The translations under genes were made by a program, and so were the position numbers. From Macrostomum hystrix (taxonomy: Eukaryota; Animalia; Platyhelminthes), in the NCBI GenBank assembly GCA_950097015.1, contig CATNEN010000038.1, positions 20,646,001 through 20,710,000 on the forward strand: a DNA stretch of 64,000 nucleotides, given 5' to 3'. Positions 12,869-25,100 of the stretch are shown in pieces. The notes beneath the pieces are model-generated. The model saw only the letters and a list, made by a program, of their open reading frames with translations, was not told where the DNA came from and searched no databases. Each line of letters begins with the position of its first letter. Position 1 is the first letter of the stretch.

Positions 12869-14974
12869 ATGACAACCTCACCGCGGCGGCATCAACAGTC
12901 CTGTACAAATATGCGTCCAATAATCGTTAACGGATTTAATATAACAAACAAGCAGAAAATGTATCCGTTAAAATCCACTTTGTCATTGGCTTCCATTGCT
13001 ACGCATCAGCAGCAGCAGCAGCTGGACACGCAAAAGAAGGAACAACTCGACATTTGTCACAGACTAATGGGTCGACTTGGCTTGAGTCTGCCATTGCTCA
13101 AATCTGGAGCATCGGCCAATGCGCAACTTACGTGGTGTCGGTGAGTCCAGAGACTTTTGACGGGTTAATCACCAGGGATGGTCAGCTTTTAGATTCTATC
13201 AGATGCTGCTGCTGATAGTATAGGTCAGTTTAAATAGATTCTAGAGTCACAATTGGTCAGTTTATTAAGAGAACTACCAAGCAGCTTCGTCTAGATAAAG
13301 GTCGGTGACCACCGAAGTCGAAGATGATGCAGGCACACGCTCTGCTGATAAAGTTTGAAGGCCTGGCAAGGCCGCACTGAGGCGCCGTGCTAGTTCGTGT
13401 ATGGTGGTATGAAATACACTAGCTCTTATAGGAAAATGAGACCTCGTCAGACCTCGTTGAATATCTCGTCCGTCTGAAGGGCTGGGGACTTATCGTTTTA
13501 GAAGATGCGCAACAAAAGTTGGATCGTTTTCTTGAGTTTCGTGTGCTTGCGTTGCTCTGTTCGGGTGCAGCAAAAATAATTGTTTGGGGCGGAATTTCTA
13601 CCCCTTGATATACAAAACGGGTGGCAAAATGGCTTGGTAGTCCTACTGTTAAATAGGTTCCAGAGTCTTCGATGGTCAGTCTGTAGGTTCCAGACAATGG
13701 ATAGGTAGGCCCTGGAGTCACTGTCTCGCCTTTGTAATTTCAACTGTCAGTCAGCTGCTCGAGGCATGCGATCAGTTCCGTCGCGACCGGGACCAACTGT
13801 CTGTGCGACTTCAGCAGAGCGATCGACAACTGGCCGAGATTCGTCGGCAGTTGACGGCTATCCAGAAGCAGAAGTGGTCGAGCTCATTCAGCAAGAAGAC
13901 GGAGCAGCTGCACAGTCCGCCTCAGCGAGATGTCCATCCGACATCTACGAAGAAGCTGCAGCCTAGGGAGCCGGCGCAGTTAAACTGGGAGTCGCGTTAT
14001 TCTCTGAGCGTGCGGCCCACGCAGATTCCTCGTCAAGCTTCAGGTTCATCTTCAGGCTCGCTAACCAATAGTGTCACGAGCTCTCTGTCGACAAACTCGA
14101 TGGCTGAGCGCGCCGCCAAAGTGCGCAAAGTGTTCAACGGCGCAAGTATTTTATCGTCAACTCAGTCCACAATGCAAACGCAAACGTTGAGAAAGTCGCA
14201 GAATATGTGAGAGCATTGTGATGTCGCCCTCGTCAAATGAGTGTTCGATGTGATTTAATAATTAGTCGGTAGGTCCGTAGGTAGGGATAGAATGAATTGC
14301 TAATCCATCTCGAACCCTAAATGACTTTTCATCTTGATGAAGTAATAGAATGGATTGCTAATCTATCCCAATGGATGAAGGAATAGAATGGATTGCTAAT
14401 CCATCTCCGATAGATGAAGGAATAGAATGGATTGCTAATCTATCCCAATGGATAAAGGAATATATAACGGATTGCTTATCTATCTACAATGGAAGAAGGA
14501 ATAGAATATATTTCTATTGTATTCCCAATGAATAAACGAAATTAATGAGTTAATGAAGAAGGAATATAATCGATGAATTGGTTATCCAGCCCATATTAGG
14601 GGAAAAGGTAATAGTAAGCAACTATGTTCTATTTTTAAGGAAAGCTAAATTCATGTCTAAAATATTTTTTCGCAACACACAGTCAAAGCTATAATATCAG
14701 ATATCTCATTTTTAGACCCAAAAGCGCCAACCGTGGTTTCTCATTGTTGTCGAACGCTGGTAATTCGACTGTAAAATTGCACCAGCAAATTTTCGAAGAA
14801 GAACAGCACAGGCAGTGGAAGCCAGTAAAACAACAGAGACAACCGATGCAGGGGACTCGCACTAGTCGGCGAAAATCACGTGACACTGTTGACCTTGACG
14901 TGGAATCAGTGCGACGTCACTGGCGTTCGCGAACCTTCGACAAATCGGAGGCTAATGGCAACGATTTCTCATAA
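12869..14974 (+). CDS. Uncharacterised coiled-coil, Ser/Gln-rich protein; exons 12869..13140, 13751..14206, 14716..14974 (start codon uncertain)
   Basis: Two GTGAG...AG introns join three ORF-track frames in phase: WCR-QLLEACDQFRRDRDQLSVRLQQSDRQLAEIRRQL (heptad-like) and SQNI-PKSANRGFSLLSN. Confidence 0.7.
13296..13392. repeat. Dispersed repeat family B, copy 2 (intronic)
   Basis: Matches 6541-6639. Confidence 0.8.
14290..14510. repeat. ~39-bp degenerate minisatellite (GAAGGAATAGAATGGATTGCTAATC...), intronic
   Basis: Five to six diverged units. Confidence 0.85.
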
Positions 14975-15688
14975 AAGTTCATCAGGACTATTTGTACTGC
15001 TCAGGAGTATAGGGCTAATTGTATAGGCTAATGATTTTTTATCTACTTTAAAAAGCACGCGCTGTGTGCGTGAAAGCTTCAATATTGGGGTGGTGGCTCT
15101 CTGCAAAGAGTAGGCATATGTACATTTTATTGATTTTCCGCGGTTCCACTTGAATAGTTAGTTTAGAATCCTGTTCATGTACAGTACAGAGGTCTTGGAG
15201 AAAGTTGAGATAAGCTAATTAGCAGACTAATAATAAGGCTATTTAATTATGTCAAGCTAAACAAGGCTTCTGCATGTCGACTCTTTTAAGTTGTAGTCTT
15301 TTAAGTACGAGCATATATCATTCCCTCGGTTGTTTAAGCGAGCCATTTTTTGTTTGCTAACTTTTCTTTTTTACAAAGGATCGATTGCATAGTATAAAAT
15401 AAAAGTAACCTTCAAAAAACTTTAATAACCAACTCCATTTAAGGAGTCGACAAAGGTATGTTTTGAAGCGGTCAAATCAAATGAGTTAACTTAAAATGCA
15501 TCAATCAACTTTAGCTGCATTAGGTGTTTAACTGAATTTTTTGTTAGAAATATTTACTTTCATCTAATTATTTTGACAAGGGGCGTGTAATTGTGTCCAT
15601 CGAGCGGCACTTAAAAAAACAAATATTTTTTCATGAAATGGCCGCACAGACAAGTTTCTTCAGTGAATTTCTTTAACTTAAAGTAAAT

Positions 15689-16002
15689 GGGGAGGGTTTC
15701 ACAAACTCGAAATTTCACAACGTCGAAAGCACCTTTCTTCACAAGGTCGAAACTTCACAACATCGAAACTAAAATAGCAGCTACCTTCACTAGGTCGAAA
15801 CTTCATAAGCTCGAAACTTCACAACGTCGAAAGCTTTAGCAAGAGATTTCATAGCTGCTATCAAGGTAGCTGGTATTTTAGTTTTCGACCTTGTGAAGAA
15901 AGCTGCTTTCGACCTTGTGAAAATTCGAGCTTGTGAAGTTTCGACCTTATGAAAAAAATTGCTTTTCGGTGTTGTGAAATTTCGAGCTTGTGATAGCACC
16001 CC
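15689..16002. mobile_element. Foldback MITE with a 9-bp TSD (Mutator-like)
   Basis: Imperfect TIRs GGGG...TCACAARCTCGAAATTTCACAAC at both ends; identical flanks AAAGTAAAT at 15680-15688 and 16003-16011; the interior is an inverted array of GTCGAAA subrepeats. Confidence 0.88.
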
Positions 16003-16118
16003 AAAGTAAATAATACTCGTAGTTTAACAGTTTTTGCTCCGCTTTACTTGATGCTACGAGTATATTGTTTAGAGTCTTTGATAAGTTTGAGGCGGCTATA
16101 TGGAGGCAAGGTTCTCAT

Positions 16119-19100
16119 TCAGTCATCATGATCGATAAAGTTCTGAACGTTCTCCTTTCGTCTTGGTATGAACAGCAGCAGAAAGGTGGTCAGCAGGACA
16201 ATATAGAGCATGAAGAATAGCCGGTCGAGCACCTGGGCCAAGGTGCGCCACTCGACTGCCATCAGATTCCGGGCTTCAGTGTCCCGCTTTCGGCCCAGGA
16301 AGAGCCTGATGAAGCGACCGATTTCTCTAAGGTCGTTTTCAACTTCCGGCGGGCAGGTTAGCCGAAGTCGGTGATTAGCAGCGCCGGTCGCTGTCACGTG
16401 CGGCAACGACGAAAATGGTTTCTGTTGTCGTCGAGGTCGCTTGGAGTGGACGGCTGCACGGCGCGCGGCCGCCTCACTACTGGGCAACGACAGGTACTGG
16501 CGAGGCTGCGGACGGCGATTCTGTGTCGGCTGCTGCTGCTGCTGCTGACTGTAGAAAGGGTTGCCATCTTCGTCGGAAGATTCATGGCGTAGAAGAACTC
16601 GACGCTCGAAGGACAGCGGCACGCTGCGCTGCACCATAAACAGGCGGCCAAGACCCTCGATCATGATCTGATTGTAGGCATTGCATTGTTTCAAGTGGGG
16701 TATAATTAAGTACCTTTATAGGTAAAATCATATTTTTTTTTTGTTGTTTGAAACACAAAAATATTAATCGCCTCACCCTCCTGACAATGGGAGGCATTGG
16801 CCCGCTTCTGTCGCCATGGAAGTGCAAGTTAACGATGAGCACAGCAACAAATGTCGAGAAGGTGATTAGTCCCATGTTGACGCAGTAATAGCACCCTGAA
16901 ATGATGACCACATAAATTACTTGTTTGATTATATACTATTAGTTCGGACTATTTTGTAGCTTGTCAAACGAGCTGCAATTATCAGCGATGCAAATTCGAT
17001 AATTAGGAATCTTTTGGGAGCGTTCAAAAGCATGTGTTGTCTTGTGTGCATCCAATTATATCGATTCGTCTAATTTGTTAATCGATTTCTAAATAAATTT
17101 AGAAGCTCATTAACTGAGAAAATTAGTAAAACCATTTAAGGGCATCATTGATCTCGGATATTACTTTTATATATGACTTGAATTCAAGCCAAGTCGCCTA
17201 GAATAAACTGCACACTCGTAAGCGCTTTCTAGCCTATATACGGGCGTATATATGCACTCACCAATTAGTGGAAACGCCTCCACAGCGCTTGGTATCAGCT
17301 CCGCCAAAAGCAGCAGCAAAATAAAGAAGGCCACGAAGATATTCATTCCTAAAGTGAGATTTCGGATGTTAATTGATCCACAATGCGAAAGTCACATCAC
17401 TTAGTTTCATTCATGAACAAACTTCCGATTGACAATGCACTATATCATACTCGTAAAAATGTGTAAGTGGGAACAGTTTGAGTATTTTCTTAAGTCCTGA
17501 ATCGAAAACTTGCATCGTAACTCTAAGCTAACACCATTTGGCTTCTGACGTAAACAATCATCAAAGTACGTCGTGAACGTTTGGCTTCTGACGTAAACAA
17601 TCATCAAAGTACGTCGTGAACGTTTGGCTTCTGACGTAAACAATCATCAAAGTACGTCGTGAACGTTTGGCTTCTGACGTAAACAATCATCAAAGTACGT
17701 CGTGAACGTTTGGCTTCTGACGTAAACAATCATCAAAGTACGTCGTGAACGTTTGGCTTCTGACGTAAACAATCATCAAAGTACGTCGTGAACGTTTGGC
17801 TTCTGACGTAAACAATCATCAAAGTACGTCGTGATCGTTTGGCTTCTGACGTAAACAATCATCAAAGTACGTCGTGAACGTTTGGCTTCTGACGTAAACA
17901 ATCATCAAAGTACGTCGTGAACGTTTGGCTTCTGACGTAAACAATCATCAAAGTACGTCGTGAACGTTTGGCTTCTGACGTAAACAATCATCAAAGTACG
18001 TCGTGATCGTTTGGCTTCTGACGTAAACAATCATCAAAGTACGTCGTGAACGTTTGGCTTCTGACGTAAACAATCATCAAAGTACGTCGTGATCGTTTGG
18101 CTTCTGACGTAAACAATCATCAAAGTACGTCGTGAACGTTTGGCTTCTGACGTAAACAATCATCAAAGTACGTCGTGATCGTTTGGCTTCTGACGTAAAC
18201 AATCATCAAAGTACGTCGTGATCGTTTGGCTTCTGGCGTAAACAATCATCAAAGTACGTCGTGAACGTTTGGCTTCTGACGTAAACAATCATCAAAGTAC
18301 GTCGTGAACGTTTGGCTTCTGACGTAAACAATCATCAAAGTACGTCGTGATCGTTTGGCTTCTGGCGTAAACAATCATCAAAGTACGTCGTGAACGTTTG
18401 GCTTCTGGCGTAAACAATCATCAAAGTACGTCGTGAACGTTTGGCTTCTGGCGTAAACAATCATCAAAGTACGTCGTGAACGTTTGGCTTCTGGCGTAAA
18501 ATATGAAAATATGAGGAAAACTCACTCGAAATCACTAATTACGAGTAGTTTTTTAGGTATTTGTTGCCATCATCAAGCTCGGGGCTCGAGAAAAGAAGGC
18601 AGTAGATATGCAATGGGAGAGCGCGCTGATTCTCTGCTACATCAAACTCTGCTCAAACCATATCTAAATAGTAGTGTTCTTTAACAGGCCAGATCCAGTT
18701 TTCATCCCACTCCTGTTTCAACTGATGTTATTCATCAGCTATGACGACTAACATTGGCTTTCCTGTTCCAGCGAGACAGAAACAGCACGCGATGCTTGTG
18801 AAGTGTGTCTTTCATACAGACAAGCTGCTGTCTGAGAAGACTCAGATAGAGGCTAAGTAGTCGGCCTGAAAGAGACTGAAAGAGAGAGACAGCGTCAGTG
18901 GAAACCTGCATATAATAGCAGCTATATGTTTTCCTGGTATACTGGCAAGGCAAGGCCCTCGGGCATCAGGGACAGGCAAACGCTGCGTGCAGCTTCTTCT
19001 ATAGTAGCTGTAATTTTCTACATCGCCATCATCATGGCAATTTTTTCTTCTGCCCATAAACTGTCAGCCTGTCTAGTGCCCAGCCCTTTTACAAAGGAGG

Positions 19101-22100
19101 GCGAGGGTTAGTTTTTAATAGCGTTGAGTGTCTGACTACACTTTGAGAGACCTACAGGGAAAGGTACGGACATGAACTAAGTCCCAGCATCTCAAATTAA
19201 AGCCTGCCACATTGTATAACTCATTACAGTAGCTGCAATCTTGCTAGCGGAAGCTAAGAACACAACAGCTGAAGTGACTTGGTCGACAGAAGACAATTAG
19301 TAGATGGGTGATGAACTCAATTGGTAGATGGGTAATGAACTCAATTGGTAGATGGATGATGGAACACAATTGGTAGATGAATGATGGAACTCAATTGGTA
19401 GATGCATGATGGAACACAATTGGTAGATGCATGATGGAACTCAATGGGTAGATGGATGATAGAACACAATGGGTAGATGCATGATGGAACTCAATGGGTA
19501 GATGCATGATGGAACTCAATGGGTAGATACATGATAGAACACAATGGGTAGATGCATGATGGAACTCAATGGGTAGATACATGATAGAACACAATGGGTA
19601 GATGCATGATGGAACTCAATGGGTAGATGCATGATGGAACTCAATGGGTAGATGCATGATGGAACTCAATGGGTAGATACATAATAGAACACAATGGGTA
19701 GATGCATGATGGAACACAATTGGTAGATGCATGATGGAACACAATTGGTAGATACATGATAGAACACAATGGGTAGATGCATGATGGAACTCAATGGGTA
19801 GATACATGATAGAACACAATGGGTAGATGCATGATGGAACACAATTGGTAGATGCATGATGGAACACAATTGGTAGATACATGATAGAACACAATGGGTA
19901 GATGCATGATGGAACTCAATTGGTAGATGCATGATGGAACACAATTGGTAGATGCATGATGGAACTCCATTGGTAGATACATGATGGAACTCAATTGGTA
20001 GATAAATGATGGAACTCAATGGGTAGATAAATGATGGAACTCAATGGGTAGATACATGATAGAACACAATGGGTAGATGCATGATGGAACACAATTGGTA
20101 GATGCATGATGGAACACAATTGGTAGATACATGATAGAACACAATGGGTAGATGCATGATGGAACTCAATGGGTAGATGCATGATGGAACACAATTGGTA
20201 GATAAATGATGGAACTCAATTGGTAGATACATGATAGAACACAATTGGTAGATGGATGATGGAACTCAATTGGTAGATGCATGATGGAACTCAATTGGTA
20301 GATACATGATGGAACTCAATTGGTAGATAAATGATGGAACTCAATGGGTAGATAAATGATGGAACTCAATGGGTAGATACATGATAGAACACAATGGGTA
20401 GATGCATGATGGAACACAATTGGTAGATGCATGATGGAACACAATTGGTAGATACATGATAGAACACAATGGGTAGATGCATGATGGAACTCAATGGGTA
20501 GATACATGATAGAACTCAATTGGTAGATAAATGATAGAACACAATGGGTAGATGCATGATGGAACTCAATTGGTAGATGCATGATGGAACACAATTGGTA
20601 GATGCATGATGGAACTCAATTGGTAGATACATGATGGAACACAATTGGTAGATGCATGATGGAACTCAATTGGTAGATGCATGATGGAACTCAATTGGTA
20701 GATACATGATGGAACTCAATGGGTAGATGCATGATGGAACTCAATGGGTAGATGCATGATGGAACACAATTGGTAGATACATGATAGAACACAATGGGTA
20801 GATGCATGATGGAACTCAATGGGTAGATGCATGATGGAACTCAATGGGTAGATAAATGATGGAACTCAATGGGTAGATACATGATAGAACACAATGGGTA
20901 GATGCATGATGGAACACAATGGGTAGATGCATGATGGAACTCAATTGGTAGATACATGATGGAACTCAATTGGTAGATAAATGATGGAACTCAATGGGTA
21001 GATAAATGATGGAACTCAATGGGTAGATACATGATAGAACACAATGGGTAGATGCATGATGGAACACAATTGGTAGATGCATGATGGAACACAATTGGTA
21101 GATACATGATAGAACACAATGGGTAGATGCATGATGGAACTCAATGGGTAGATGCATGATGGAACACAATTGGTAGATAAATGATGGAACTCAATTGGTA
21201 GATACATGATGGAACACAATTGGTAGATGGATGATGGAACTCAATTGGTAGATGCATGATGGAACTCAATTGGTAGATACATGATGGAACTCAATTGGTA
21301 GATAAATGATGGAACTCAATGGGTAGATAAATGATGGAACTCAATGGGTAGATACATGATAGAACACAATGGGTAGATGCATGATGGAACACAATTGGTA
21401 GATGCATGATGGAACACAATTGGTAGATACATGATAGAACACAATGGGTAGATGCATGATGGAACACAATTGGTAGATACATGATAGAACACAATGGGTA
21501 GATGCATGATGGAACTCAATGGGTAGATGCATGATGGAACTCAATGGGTAGATAAATGATGGAACTCAATGGGTAGATACATGATAGAACACAATGGGTA
21601 GATGCATGATGGAACACAATGGGTAGATGCATGATGGAACACAATTGGTAGATACATGATAGAACACAATGGGTAGATGCATGATGGAACTCAATGGGTA
21701 GATGCATGATGGAACACAATTGGTAGATGGATGATGGAACTCAATTGGTAGATGCATGATGGAACACAATTGGTAGATAAATGATGGAACTCAATTGGTA
21801 GATACATGATGGAACACAATTGGTAGATGGATGATGGAACTCAATTGGTAGATGCATGATGGAACTCAATTGGTAGATACATGATGGAACTCAATTGGTA
21901 GATAAATGATGGAACTCAATGGGTAGATAAATGATGGAACTCAATGGGTAGATACATGATAGAACACAATGGGTAGATGCATGATGGAACACAATTGGTA
22001 GATGCATGATGGAACACAATTGGTAGATACATGATAGAACACAATGGGTAGATGCATGATGGAACACAATTGGTAGATACATGATAGAACACAATGGGTA

Positions 22101-25100
22101 GATGCATGATGGAACTCAATGGGTAGATACATGATAGAACTCAATTGGTAGATAAATGATAGAACACAATGGGTAGATGCATGATGGAACTCAATTGGTA
22201 GATGCATGATGGAACACAATTGGTAGATGCATGATGGAACTCAATTGGTAGATACATGATGGAACTCAATGGGTAGATGCATGATGGAACTCAATGGGTA
22301 GATGCATGATGGAACACAATTGGTAGATACATGATAGAACACAATGGGTAGATGCATGATGGAACTCAATGGGTAGATGCATGATGGAACTCAATGGGTA
22401 GATAAATGATGGAACTCAATGGGTAGATACATGATAGAACACAATGGGTAGATGCATGATGGAACACAATGGGTAGATGCATGATGGAACACAATTGGTA
22501 GATACATGATAGAACACAATGGGTAGATGCATGATGGAACTCAATGGGTAGATGCATGATGGAACACAATTGGTAGATACATGATAGAACACAATGGGTA
22601 GATGCATGATGGAACTCAATGGGTAGATGCATGATGGAACACAATTGGTAGATGGATGATGGAACTCAATTGGTAGATAAATGATGGAACACAATTGGTA
22701 GATACATGATGGAACACAATTGGTAGATGGATGATGGAACTCAATTGGTAGATAAATGATGGAACTCAATTGGTAGATACATGATGGAACACAATTGGTA
22801 GATGGCTACCAATGGCTACCAACGAATGACTCACCAAGCAGCATTTTCGCTGGCGACTCCGGCGGCAGCCAGAAGATAACGAGAGTCAGCAGGGACAGCA
22901 GAATGCAGGGCACAACCAGAATGGCCACATAGAATGACGGATTGCGCATCATGCGAATTTTGAACTCAAGAATGCGGTAGCGCTTCGTCACTGGCCGACC
23001 ATTGGAGTCGAAGCCGGACTCGTTTCTGTAGCTCACAATGCTGCGAATCTGGCCACGCCTCTGGTCTGGATCGGCCACGTCCAACTCGAACTCTCCGTCC
23101 GTCACCCACTCGTTGCTCTTGACGTAGTCGTTATAGTCAACAAACGGCAGCGGCTTGGGTATCGAGTGTGTGTCGTTAATCCGCAGCTCGGTTAGTGACC
23201 AATCCAGCATTAGTTGGCTCTCGTCGTAGGTCCACGAGCCGAACTTCATGCGACAGTGCTGCATATAAAAAAAAAATTAATTGCAGGAGGGCTATGGGCA
23301 ATGCCACATCAGTTGGTGACCCTAGGAGGCGGAGGCAATTCTGCCCATTTCACCGACTCCTGAGCACACACTGACAAAGACACTGTACGCATGCACACGC
23401 TCACACAGGTGTGTACATCTGCCCTGACTTTCTCTTCGTCAGGCAGTGCACACTCTCACTGTGCCTTGGGGGTTGGCCCTCAAGGGCGTAAATTGCACGA
23501 CAAGCCCCCAAGCCTTCTCTCCGGCGCTGCGTCCTAAATGAATGTGGCCTCGCCGCCGAATCGTGCTCAGGGACATTGGTTCGAGAGGCAAACGCGTCAG
23601 ACCGCTCTGCCACCGACCCCCTGACAGTGCTGCATTCATGTGTTATGAAGAAATTCAGAGTAAGAAAAGAGAGAAAGACGAGTTTATTTTTGCATTCTAC
23701 CAAAACCAAAAGCTATGTCCATCAGGGGTCCACTGTTGATACTGCTACGAAAAGCCTTCAATGGCTCTTATTCAATGGTTCTTCATGGACTACCAGGTTC
23801 GTTGAACAGCTGGTGCGTGGCCGCTGGGTGAACTGAAGCACTAAGGAATTAGCAGTAGAAACACCACCGGTATTTAAAATATTCACCTTTTTCTGAAACA
23901 AAATATTTAACCAATCGTTATGAAAATTCAGAACACGGGCTAAAAGTTTCGCTGAATATCTCGACGATGCGCACGTCGGATGGCTTTGAAAGTTAGTTCA
24001 TCGTAAAAAAGGCGGAGAATTTTGATTAATAAGGTGGACTTAAACGAAAATCTGCCATTCGTTTTGGAGCTATCGAGAAGTAGGCAGTAGTCTTTCTACT
24101 GTTAAGCGTCTTGCACAGCCTGGACTCAAACTATTCCCCTTAGGCAGACAATCAGATTTCCTACCACTAACTGTGAAATACCACTTCACTTTCAGTTTTG
24201 AAACTACCTGCAGCCAACAAAATTTCTGATGTCAGATACTTTTCAGTCGATGAATGCACAGAAATATTCTCACCTGAGTGTCGAATGGAAAGTTGAGCAG
24301 TCTAACCTTGCATGTGCTTTTCAGCAGGGCCTGAGGAATCCAGAGTATCTCGCCGTCGCTTTGGACTACAACTCGAGCCTCGCGCTTCTCGCGCATCCTT
24401 TCGTCAGCGCTGAAATGGTCGATGTCGTGTTGACTTCGGGATCGTTTCTGAGTAGAAACTTCCCTGTTCCTCAGTTCTAGCCTTCACTCTCTCATCTATT
24501 ATTCAGTTCCAGCATTCACTCTCTCGTCTATTATTCAGTTCCAGCCTTCACTCTCTCATCTATTATTCAGTTCCAGCATTCACTCTCTCATCTATTATTC
24601 AGTTCCAGCCTTCACTCTCTCGTCTATTATTCAGTTCCAGCCTTCACTCTCTCGTCTATTATTCAGTTCCAGCCTTCACTCTCTCGTCTATTATTCAGTT
24701 CCAGCCTTCACTCCCTCGTCTATTATTCAGTTCCAGCCTTCGCTTTCTCCTCTATTTTTAAGTTCAGGACCTTAAGCGAGCCAAAGTCCTTGTTATTTGA
24801 TTGCGGGCCATTAAAAATTGATTTGCATATGGTTTAATTTAAAGTAGAGTAAAAATTGATCACCGGCCTCACAAATTGTACAGCTTAATGTCGGGAGTCC
24901 AAATCTGGGACGGGCGCACCCTGATCTGCTTGATGGCTTTGAAGTCCTCATCTGGCCAGCTGTCCCACGCCAGTAGGGTGTCCTTCCAGGTCTGGAAGTC
25001 GTCCGGGGTTTACGGTTTACAAAAATCTGATCAATTATTCAATCGCAGAAAGCGGTCTGGCTAAATGTAGTGAGATATATTTTATTATCGCTGCCACTGC

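Noticed and set aside
13419-13743. Antisense ORFs inside intron 1 of the coiled-coil gene
   Set aside because: No ATG start for the longer frame, no recognisable domain and no splice support.
18550-19290. Possible decayed reverse-transcriptase fragment (CLASIPGK) in the receptor intron
   Set aside because: A single weak motif with no supporting RT motifs in frame; needs a translated HMM search.
17537-22805. Regular 25-43-bp repeats resembling CRISPR arrays
   Set aside because: No unique spacers, no cas genes, eukaryotic intronic context.
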